DNA from: Candidatus Pacearchaeota archaeon
GTDB taxonomy: Archaea > Nanobdellota > Nanobdellia > Pacearchaeales > GW2011-AR1
Assembly: GCA_050124795.1 (NCBI GenBank)
Contig: JASFEO010000009.1
Location: forward strand, 1-46,218
Direction: 5' to 3'
Length of the DNA: 46,218 bases
This document shows positions 39,025 to 46,218 of this stretch, in pieces (the first letter of the stretch is position 1; each line of letters begins with the position of its first letter). A model generated the notes under the pieces. It was not told the origin of the DNA. It worked only from the letters and a program-made list of their open reading frames with translations, and ran no database searches. The translations under genes and the position numbers were made by a program.

Positions 39025-40136
39025 GTATCCGTATAGGTTCAAGTTGCGCCCTGAGCCCAAGTATGAGTTTGGGTCGGTGCGTTGAAACACGCTGGTTTAT
39101 CGGCTCAACTTCCCGCTGCTGGGACGTAGTGGATAAAGCTATAAAAAACAAACAGTATCTTATATTCAATATCTGTACTAATCGTAATGATAATTCTGGA
39201 CATATCCCTACCGATACTGAATGGAAATTAATGGTGGATAATACTTGTAGGGAACTACTGGCTCGTGGTGGCAACAGGTTAAACAGCAGAATAACCATAA
39301 TCAACGAGCCAATGAAATATATCTCCATTTCAAGATATGCACAGTTAATTAATCTTGCTTATCCGATAGCACACAGGTACGGATTCTTAATGGGCGCAGG
39401 CAACGAACAATACACGATGGCTATGAGCAAAGGCAATATGTATTCATACATTCTGCAAAACTGCCAGTTTGACATACTGGACATACACTTACAGGGTGAT
39501 TGTGAAGAAGATGATAAATGCAGAGATATTGCAAATGTCTTTAAAAGGTGGGCGGACACTTATAACAAGCCGATAGACTGTACGGAATGTTTTTATTCAG
39601 ATATAGCCACTTCTAAGGGTTGGAATATTCTGAAATTTCAAATAGGACATGCAGAACGTATTGGCTGTTCTAATGTATGCAATGTATTTAACAACTTAGA
39701 CAGATCGCAGTTTCCCTGGAATACATCAAGCTGGGATAAACTGTGTTTTAACATAAATGGACATCAAAGAAGCGGGTACTACGGACAGTATTTAGATTTA
39801 GTAAACAGTAAAGCTCCGATACCTAATATAAAAATACCAATAGGGGATGATGATATGAAATTAAAATTACTTAAAGTGGGTTCAAAGGGTAATCAAGTTA
39901 GATGGTTACAGGAAATCCTACAGGAAGAATATGAGTTTGAAAATGAGGGTGGATACGACGGTATATATGGAAGTAAGACGCTTGACCAGGTAAAAGCATA
40001 TCAGACAGCTAATGGTCTTGTACCTGACGGTGTAATAGGTAAACTCACTACATTTGATTTAATTACAAAAGCAGTAAATCATTTTACACCTGATTATTGG
40101 ATGAAAAAATTACAAGTATATATGGCTTATGAATAG
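39021..40136 (+). CDS. Putative endolysin: clan GH-A-like catalytic domain plus peptidoglycan-binding domain
   Basis: TIINEP, DILDIH, KPIDCTEC; C-terminal LKVGSKG..VRWLQ..L...DGIYG..T...VKAYQ..NGL..DG.IG..T. Confidence 0.7.
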   Translation: MSIRIGSSCALSPSMSLGRCVETRWFIGSTSRCWDVVDKAIKNKQYLIFNICTNRNDNSGHIPTDTEWKLMVDNTCRELLARGGNRLNSRITIINEPMKYISISRYAQLINLAYPIAHRYGFLMGAGNEQYTMAMSKGNMYSYILQNCQFDILDIHLQGDCEEDDKCRDIANVFKRWADTYNKPIDCTECFYSDIATSKGWNILKFQIGHAERIGCSNVCNVFNNLDRSQFPWNTSSWDKLCFNINGHQRSGYYGQYLDLVNSKAPIPNIKIPIGDDDMKLKLLKVGSKGNQVRWLQEILQEEYEFENEGGYDGIYGSKTLDQVKAYQTANGLVPDGVIGKLTTFDLITKAVNHFTPDYWMKKLQVYMAYE

Positions 40137-40146
40137 GGGGTGAAAT

Positions 40147-40644
40147 ATGACAGCCGAAGATTTAGACTATGATGGTTATCAATGCTATAACGATAAGCTA
40201 ACTCGCAATATAGTTTTTGGTGAATCCTGGAGTAGCGTGGTAAAAATGGGTTTAGTCTTTAGGCGTAGTGTGAAACCCACAATAGAATTTATTGCCAATG
40301 TTATTAGAACTGCCAGAGAAACTCAAAAGATAAGAGATAAGCTCAACAGGAGATACAAGGAAAGCCCAGCAATAGGATATAGAAATAAAGCTGGGGAAAT
40401 AATGATTATTATTAATAGCTTCTGGAGAACTGCAATCTATCAGTATTATCTTTATAAAAAAAAATTAAGTACATGTGACGGTTATAAACGTAAATCGCAA
40501 CACCAATTAGGAAAAGCAGTTGACCTAAAAACACCAAGGGGAATGACTCCATACGAGTTTTACTTATTCATTAAAAATGAATGTGATACAAGATTTACAT
40601 GGTTTAAGATTTACTCATGGGGAGTGCATTGTGACTGGAGATAA
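40147..40644 (+). CDS. Peptidase M15-family Zn peptidase
   Basis: INSFWRT...SQHQLGKAVD...GVHCD.R. Confidence 0.82.
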   Translation: MTAEDLDYDGYQCYNDKLTRNIVFGESWSSVVKMGLVFRRSVKPTIEFIANVIRTARETQKIRDKLNRRYKESPAIGYRNKAGEIMIIINSFWRTAIYQYYLYKKKLSTCDGYKRKSQHQLGKAVDLKTPRGMTPYEFYLFIKNECDTRFTWFKIYSWGVHCDWR

Positions 40645-40874
40645 ATGCTAATAGAACTGACCCAAACTGAAATAGCAAAAATACTTGAATATCTGTTAAA
40701 TCCAGAAGGTCTAAGTAATGGTAAGGTACTTGATTTAATAGAAAAACTGGAGAGAGAACTTGAAAAAGATAATAAAGATAATAATAAATAAGATATTTAA
40801 AAAGCATACTAAAATTTATATAGAGCATATAAGAGATAAGATTATGTCAGAGTTTTATTTTTAACTTGCCCCAT

Positions 40875-41170
40875 ATGGTGGGTAAAGTATAAAGACTTCG
40901 GTCTGAAGACTGGATTAGCTATCCTACGCCCACCGTAGCAGTTTAGGTCGTTCTGCTATAACAAAAACTTCCGGAATAATAGGTTGGCGGTGGGGTAGCT
41001 CCTCTTAAATATCCTGTTGGTAATCGTAAGTACCGCAAAAACCGCCAGTAGACTATGAACGGGTTGGCTGGTAATTCGGAGTAACAGCGAATAACGTAAA
41101 AACGGATAGGCGGAATAATCCGATATATTCCCGGTGGGGTTTCTATCCGAACCTAACACAAAACCAGCCA
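40875..41170 (+). ncRNA. Candidate multi-domain structured RNA or leader
   Basis: GC-rich intergenic stretch with at least eight helices, including a C-UUCG-G hairpin. Confidence 0.6.
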
Positions 41171-41195
41171 TTTATAATTCAACAGGGAGGTTCTC

Positions 41196-41951
41196 ATTTT
41201 AGACAAAAATTCTATTGAAACGCACCTTGTAATAAATGATTTACATGCACCTTATTATCATAAAGAAATACTTGATTTAGTATTAAAGTTTGCTAAGGAT
41301 TTAAAACCGGATAAATTAATCAATCTCGGTGACCAAGTAGATTGCCCGTCACTCTCTCAATTTGATACAAGGAAAGATAGGATAACTACCATAGCACAGG
41401 ATTTTAAAGCTGGTTATATAGCAAATGCAAAAGTAGCAGAGGCAGTTAAAAAATCGGACAAGATTTTCCTGTATGGCAATCACGAAGATAGGTTTAACTC
41501 ATACTTGTCGAGACACCATGCGTCAGAAGGTCTTATAGATATGAACGAAAAGATAGGGCTTAAAGACTTTGGATATAAGTCTATCCCTTACGGAAGTGAA
41601 TATGTTTATAATGACTTTCACTATCAGCACGGTACAAAGGTAAGAAAGTTTGCTGGATATACTGCTAAGAATGAATTGTATGAACAATGGGTAAGTGGAA
41701 TAATGGGGCATACCCATAGGGCAGGTTTTTGCTGTGCTTCAAATAAATCAGGCGGGGATTTTGGCTTCTGGGAAAATGGCTGTATGTGTGATTTCCAGTT
41801 AGCTTGGGAGTGGTTTAAGAAACCTTTTCCCAACTGGCAGTATTGTATATCGGTAGTCAAGTTTGTTAAAGATAAATTTAATGTACATCAGATTATAATT
41901 CCACGCAAGCACCCGTTTATTCTTTACGGTAAGCATTATTACACATTGTAA
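41196..41951 (+). CDS. Calcineurin-like metallophosphoesterase (non-canonical ATT start)
   Basis: DLH, GDQVD, GNHE, HG and GHTH motifs in one frame; AGGGAGG precedes ATT 41196. Confidence 0.85.
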   Translation: MLDKNSIETHLVINDLHAPYYHKEILDLVLKFAKDLKPDKLINLGDQVDCPSLSQFDTRKDRITTIAQDFKAGYIANAKVAEAVKKSDKIFLYGNHEDRFNSYLSRHHASEGLIDMNEKIGLKDFGYKSIPYGSEYVYNDFHYQHGTKVRKFAGYTAKNELYEQWVSGIMGHTHRAGFCCASNKSGGDFGFWENGCMCDFQLAWEWFKKPFPNWQYCISVVKFVKDKFNVHQIIIPRKHPFILYGKHYYTL

Positions 41952-42123
41952 ATATATACTACAATCGTTGTATAAACTGACTACAATTATGTACATTAAT
42001 TTACCATATTCACAATAACCGAACATAACTGTCAAGTAATAACTTACAAAATGTATCATTATTCGTAAGCCATCAACTTACATTTTATGCAAATCATATA
42101 TAAATTTTAAAAGAAAGGAATGA

Positions 42124-42297
42124 ATGGAAAAACAAATTAATACTGAAAAGAATGTAGGAATACCGCCCATGTGCAGAATGACAAATAGTGAAATAAATAA
42201 ACTCATAGAAAATCATGTCTGTCCAGAGTGCGGTTCAAAATTACAAAATGGAGGCAACTGCTATGTGTGTGTCAGTTGCGGGTGGAGTAGATGCTAA
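42124..42297 (+). CDS. 57-aa Zn-ribbon protein; not in ORF track
   Basis: CPECGSKL..GGNCYVCVSCGWSRC; GAAAGGA RBS. Confidence 0.65.
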   Translation: MEKQINTEKNVGIPPMCRMTNSEINKLIENHVCPECGSKLQNGGNCYVCVSCGWSRC

Positions 42298-42308
42298 GGA
42301 GGTGAAAA

Positions 42309-42539
42309 ATGGATAATATAGTATTAGACTTTGCAACAATAGCAATAATTACAATAGCCATAATAAATAGAATAAAGTCAGAGTTACCTGAAATCAAACC
42401 TATATTTTATACCCTTATGTCGGTAGTGGTAGGTGCTGGATTGTATGCAGTCAGTATCTATGCGAGCGATACAGTTATGGGATTTATATTTGCGGGCTTG
42501 ATTGCAAGCGGTATCTATGATGTCTACAAAAAACAATAG
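42309..42539 (+). CDS. Putative holin
   Basis: 76 aa with 2-3 TM segments, ending GLIASGIYDVYKKQ; AAGGAGGTG RBS. Confidence 0.7.
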   Translation: MDNIVLDFATIAIITIAIINRIKSELPEIKPIFYTLMSVVVGAGLYAVSIYASDTVMGFIFAGLIASGIYDVYKKQ

Positions 42540-42555
42540 TAATTTTTATTTGATT

Positions 42556-42564
42556 TGATATAAT
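42556..42564 (+). promoter_or_regulatory. Extended -10 promoter upstream of the tRNA-like RNA
   Basis: TGATATAAT, followed by a near-perfect inverted repeat at 42566-42587. Confidence 0.5.
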
Positions 42565-42603
42565 TAAGATGTTACTAGTAATATCTTCATGGGTATTACC
42601 TCT

Positions 42604-42697
42604 GGGCGTGTCCAAGTTCGGGTAGATATATTGGTGTCAGGTTACCTGATAGCCATTATATTTATCAACAGGAGTGTAATTCTCCTCACGTCCACCA
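42604..42697 (+). ncRNA. tRNA-like / tmRNA-TLD-like RNA with Ala identity elements
   Basis: 7-bp acceptor stem with G3.U70, ACCA end, 5-bp T stem with 7-nt loop, no D stem, one long helix in place of the anticodon arm. Confidence 0.75.
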
Positions 42698-42699
42698 CT

Positions 42700-42740
42700 T
42701 AGGGATAGTATATTAATTTATGCTATCCCTATTTTTTTTT
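42700..42740 (+). terminator. Intrinsic terminator ending the late region
   Basis: TAGGGATAGTA...TGCTATCCCTA followed by T9. Confidence 0.85.
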
Positions 42741-42761
42741 GACTTATGGGTAAAATAACAC

Positions 42762-42789
42762 TTGACAAGTTAAAAATAATCTTTATAAT
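42762..42789 (+). promoter_or_regulatory. Consensus sigma70 early promoter
   Basis: TTGACA-N16-TATAAT. Confidence 0.75.
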
Positions 42790-42796
42790 AAAAACT

Positions 42797-43009
42797 ATGA
42801 ATAATTTAAATGAAATTTTATATCAGAAGCGTATTACTAAATCAGACCTCGCAAGAGCCTTAAACGTAAGTAGACAACGTGTTAATAATTGGACACAAAA
42901 TAAAAACTATCCCCAAAAAAAATATATTAAATTAATATCAAATTTTTTGGGAGTATCAATAGAAAGGCTGTTTTATAATGAAGATAATATTGGTGAAGAA
43001 AGGAGATAA
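42797..43009 (+). CDS. Cro/XRE-family HTH regulator, probably leaderless
   Basis: ITKSDLARALNVSRQRVNNW..NK.YP......IS.FLGVSIERLF; ATG 7 nt after TATAAT. Confidence 0.88.
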   Translation: MNNLNEILYQKRITKSDLARALNVSRQRVNNWTQNKNYPQKKYIKLISNFLGVSIERLFYNEDNIGEERR

Positions 43010-43200
43010 AATGAATATTAGTATTACACAAAATGAACTAGATATTTTGTGGCATATTGTACAGGAAGAACAGAATAAAATGATTTCTGCTCCAGAAAAT
43101 AATGATATTGATGAATACGTTGAAGATTTAGAAGCTCTTCTTATTAAGCTTGAAAAGGCTAACCCAGATTTCGAGCATAGTAGATTTAAGCATTGAAAAA

Positions 43201-43653
43201 ATGAAAAGAAATAGAATAATATTTTTAATAGTCACAATTATTTTAATTATATTTTTTATCTCAATTCCATCAACATTATTTGCTATGCCAATAGAAATAG
43301 GCAATTATGAATTGAATACTTTAAATATAATTAATGATATTAGGGAAGATCATAATTTAAATAGACTTGAAATAAGTTCAAAGTTGATGAATGTAGCTTA
43401 TGATAGATGTGAGTTTATAATAAAGTATAATTACTTCAATCATTACTATGCAGATGGTTCGAGAGTATGTAGATATGGAGAGATTTTTGGCAGGATGCCA
43501 CCCTCGACAAAACCAAAAATTATTGTTGATAGATGGGTTTCAAGCAGTACTCATTTAGCCGTAATATTAAATCCTGTTTACAAATCCGTAGGTATTAAAA
43601 CTATGTCCTGGGGAAATAAAACCCTAATAGTTGTAATATTTTCTAAATATTAA
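43201..43653 (+). CDS. CAP/SCP-domain secreted or membrane protein
   Basis: Signal/TM segment, then IN.IR..HNL..L.....L...A...YFNH...GEI...W.SS.TH...ILNP.Y..VGI. Confidence 0.8.
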   Translation: MKRNRIIFLIVTIILIIFFISIPSTLFAMPIEIGNYELNTLNIINDIREDHNLNRLEISSKLMNVAYDRCEFIIKYNYFNHYYADGSRVCRYGEIFGRMPPSTKPKIIVDRWVSSSTHLAVILNPVYKSVGIKTMSWGNKTLIVVIFSKY

Positions 43654-43783
43654 ATAATGATAAGATTAATAAAAAATAGACTTGAACCCATATATTCTCC
43701 TGAGACTACGGGGGATAGCAGTAAAAACTATCCCCTAAAATCAATTTTAAAGTGTATATATACGCTTAAATCAGGAAGAAAGT

Positions 43784-43990
43784 ATGAGAAGTAATAAAGA
43801 ATACTGGCAAGAGACATTAGAGCGTTACAGGATAAGTAAGCAAATTAGAAAAATGAGGAAAAAATTAAGATTAAGGGATTTAGAAAAGCAATTAGGATAT
43901 TCCAGACAATACATAAATAATATACAGGAAATAATTTTAAAACCAAGTAAAGATTTTATAAATAAATTAAATGACCTAATAAATGTTTAA
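43784..43990 (+). CDS. HTH DNA-binding protein
   Basis: LRDLEKQLGYSRQYINNI.....KPS. Confidence 0.7.
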   Translation: MRSNKEYWQETLERYRISKQIRKMRKKLRLRDLEKQLGYSRQYINNIQEIILKPSKDFINKLNDLINV

Positions 43991-44231
43991 CTTAGAAAAC
44001 AATGAACTAATGGAACAATTTAGAGCATTGAGAACTTTAAAGACAATTAATACACCTTTTGTCACTGATGAATTTATGAAGATACACAATTGTCATAACT
44101 GTAAAAATTGGATTGATAATGAATGTTTAATACAGGGTGAAATCAAAAATATAAAATCATGTTATTGCAGCTGGTATAAGGATAAGAATTTAAAGGTAAG
44201 AAAATCAATATATATATCAAGGATAAGATGA
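43983..44231 (+). CDS. Cys-rich hypothetical protein
   Basis: C.NCKNW...C...C.W. Confidence 0.5.
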   Translation: MFNLENNELMEQFRALRTLKTINTPFVTDEFMKIHNCHNCKNWIDNECLIQGEIKNIKSCYCSWYKDKNLKVRKSIYISRIR

Positions 44232-44232
44232 A

Positions 44233-44424
44233 ATGAGAGAAATAGAAAAGGAATTTTACGAATATTTAATAAGTTATAAGGATGTTACGTTTCAATATGC
44301 CAATGATATTGCGAGACATCTTACGGAAATTGTGGATAAAGCCGATTTGATTTTTGTATGGAAGATTTTAGAACTTCAAAAAGAAAATGATGAACTTAGG
44401 AAGAAATTAGAATTACTAAGATAA
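44233..44424 (+). CDS. Hypothetical protein
   Basis: ORF in tandem early array. Confidence 0.45.
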   Translation: MREIEKEFYEYLISYKDVTFQYANDIARHLTEIVDKADLIFVWKILELQKENDELRKKLELLR

Positions 44425-44431
44425 AAACAAA

Positions 44432-44899
44432 ATGAGAGAGATTAAATTTAGAGCTTGGTATAAAAAAGAAAAGAAGATGTTTAAATTGCATTTTCCCTAT
44501 GGAACAGATGTTACATATGAACAAACATCAAAGAATACAATACTAATGGAATTAAGAAGTAGGGATTTTTTTAAAGATTGTGAAATAATGCAATATACAG
44601 GACTTAAAGACAAAAATGGTAAAGAGATTTATGAGGGAGATATTGTTAAATGTTTAATTATAGCTCATCATATGGGTTGGTATGAAAATTATCCGCGACC
44701 TTATGATTGTTTAGAAATTAAATTAAAAGTTTATGAAGATGGAGAACAATATAATACCAAAAATCACTTTGGTTGGATAGGCGAGGGTTGGGATTATGTT
44801 AATAAAGATTATTGGGATTTTACTCTTATAGATTTAATTAATGAATATAATTGTGAAATCATTGGCAACATCTATGAAAACCCAGATTTACTAAAATGA
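44432..44899 (+). CDS. YopX family protein (second copy)
   Basis: MREIKFRAW...MQYTGLKDKNGKEIYEGDIV...EIIGNIYENPDLL. Confidence 0.92.
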   Translation: MREIKFRAWYKKEKKMFKLHFPYGTDVTYEQTSKNTILMELRSRDFFKDCEIMQYTGLKDKNGKEIYEGDIVKCLIIAHHMGWYENYPRPYDCLEIKLKVYEDGEQYNTKNHFGWIGEGWDYVNKDYWDFTLIDLINEYNCEIIGNIYENPDLLK

Positions 44900-45038
44900 A
44901 AACAAAAACATTAAAAATTTGCAATAAATGTTTATGCGCCACCTGTGGTGATAATGATTGTAAAAGTATGCAGTGTTCTATTTGTAATTCAGTTCCGATA
45001 AGGGAATGTAAATATTATAAGAAATGGGATGAGGAAAT

Positions 45039-45752
45039 ATGGACAAAGACAAAGAAGAATTATTAGTTATTGAACCTATAATTGGATATAGGGAATGGAA
45101 TGTAAGGCTTTATAAAATTAAAGGTAAATGGGAATTTAGATTAATTGGTAATGGGGCTGGCGAAAAAGCCGGCTACTGGAAAAATGGAATTGCCGAAGCC
45201 AAGTGTTTAAAAGAAGCCAAACATAAAGTCCCAGATTTTAATTGTGAATGTGGATTTTATGCTAATAAATATAAAATTGATTTTATTAAGAATTTATTAA
45301 ATATTAATAATAATATAACTCAATTTACTTTTACTTTTAGTAATGGTTTTGCTTCTACTACCGAAGAATCAATACCCCAGGATATCTCCGTATATGGGAT
45401 TGTTGAATTATTGGGAAAGGTCATAGAACATTCTGATGGTTATAGGGCTGAAAAGGTTAAAATTAAAGAGATATTTTTCACCCACAACTGTAGTAAATTA
45501 AAATTTTCATTCAAGGTAAAGAAAGCAAAAAATGAAACCGAACAAAAGAAAGATGATAAGGAGGTTTCAATATATAGATATCCAGTTTATTTAAGTGGTG
45601 GAACATACTCATTCTACGATAACGAAGACAAAGATTATGAAACAATAGTAAAAGAATTTAAAACCGATAAGGTTATAAAATCGCTTAAGGATTATTATAA
45701 AGTACCGATTATTTATTATAAAGATTATTTAGAAAAGGAGCTGTTAAAATGA
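45039..45752 (+). CDS. Conserved-looking phage hypothetical protein with Cys/His cluster
   Basis: GYREW...A.C....H..P...C.CGFYA...G.V...G.V..H..GYRAE. Confidence 0.6.
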   Translation: MDKDKEELLVIEPIIGYREWNVRLYKIKGKWEFRLIGNGAGEKAGYWKNGIAEAKCLKEAKHKVPDFNCECGFYANKYKIDFIKNLLNINNNITQFTFTFSNGFASTTEESIPQDISVYGIVELLGKVIEHSDGYRAEKVKIKEIFFTHNCSKLKFSFKVKKAKNETEQKKDDKEVSIYRYPVYLSGGTYSFYDNEDKDYETIVKEFKTDKVIKSLKDYYKVPIIYYKDYLEKELLK

Positions 45753-46014
45753 CACAAATAGGTGAACCAAAAAGAATTTTAAGGGTAGAGCCGATTGTCC
45801 AGCCAAAAGAAATACCAGTAAAAGAACCAGAAAAATTACCAGTTAGGATAAATAAATGAATAGGGAAAACCAAAAAGAAATAGATAAATTCTATGAAGAA
45901 TACGGAAGAAATAAGTGCAAGGAAGTCAATGGTAAATGCTTTAAAGATAAAAAGAAATGTCCATATACCAAAAGTGGAGCGTGTAGAGGTTGGTGCATGG
46001 AGTAGGGGATGATT

Positions 46015-46218
46015 ATGGAAACTTGGCAAAAACAATTAAAGTTAGAAGCTATTAAATCTTATATGCGGGGTGAAGTCGCACTTATGGTAGGGGAAATAAT
46101 AAGTGAATATATTTTGACAGATAAGATAAATCCATTAATAATAAATAAATCAGTAGATAGGATTATGGATAATATCAACAGGTGGGAAAAGTCCGATGAA
46201 GAAATTTACGATAATGAG
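46015..46218 (+). CDS. 5' part of a hypothetical gene that crosses the circular junction (ends at 197)
   Basis: ATG 46015 with AGGGGA RBS is in frame with ORF 3-197 through the terminal repeat. Confidence 0.7.
   Translation, partial: METWQKQLKLEAIKSYMRGEVALMVGEIISEYILTDKINPLIINKSVDRIMDNINRWEKSDEEIYDNE
46082..46218. repeat. Terminal direct repeat, right copy
   Basis: Matches 1-137 with one mismatch. Confidence 0.95.

Noticed and set aside
40893-40930. CTGAAGA resembling the hammerhead ribozyme CUGANGA core
   Set aside because: No GAAA follows the candidate stem II, so the core is incomplete.
42604-42697. Canonical or ochre-suppressor tRNA
   Set aside because: No D stem, no U33-type 7-nt anticodon loop, and the arm is far too long; kept as TLD-like instead.
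194-45752. Stop-codon reassignment
   Set aside because: Core genes are intact in the standard code and end in TAA, TAG and TGA.

Overview
Apparently complete, circularly assembled genome (unit length about 46,081 bp; 137-bp terminal overlap) of an AT-rich, HK97-type long-tailed (siphovirus-like) phage. Almost all genes are on the + strand. Gene order: early/recombination/replication genes (42.8 kb through the junction to 11.9 kb), HNH-cos-TerS-TerL-portal-protease-capsid, neck and tail, then lysis genes. No integrase, DNA polymerase or helicase is recognisable. Main result: four predicted virion proteins (a head-region protein, the tail tube, a post-Dit protein and the Tal-like tail tip) carry mucin-like (Ser-X)n Ser/Pro/Ala tracts totalling about 825 aa. 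Between two of these genes, inside the tail operon, lies a 6-kb cassette of glycosyltransferases and methyltransferases. Two of its domains carry motifs characteristic of polypeptide GalNAc-transferases (DAHC, WG.E.E...K.W..GG, AH.(F/H)(R/K)). Together these suggest a phage-encoded mucin-type virion O-glycosylation system (inference). Other notable items: a 94-nt tmRNA-TLD-like Ala-acceptor RNA with no mRNA domain, two further structured ncRNA candidates, an inverted Tad2/DUF2829-like gene inside the glycosylation cassette, a metallophosphoesterase that needs a non-canonical start, and a clan GH-A-like endolysin. All family assignments come from motif recognition by eye; no searches were run.
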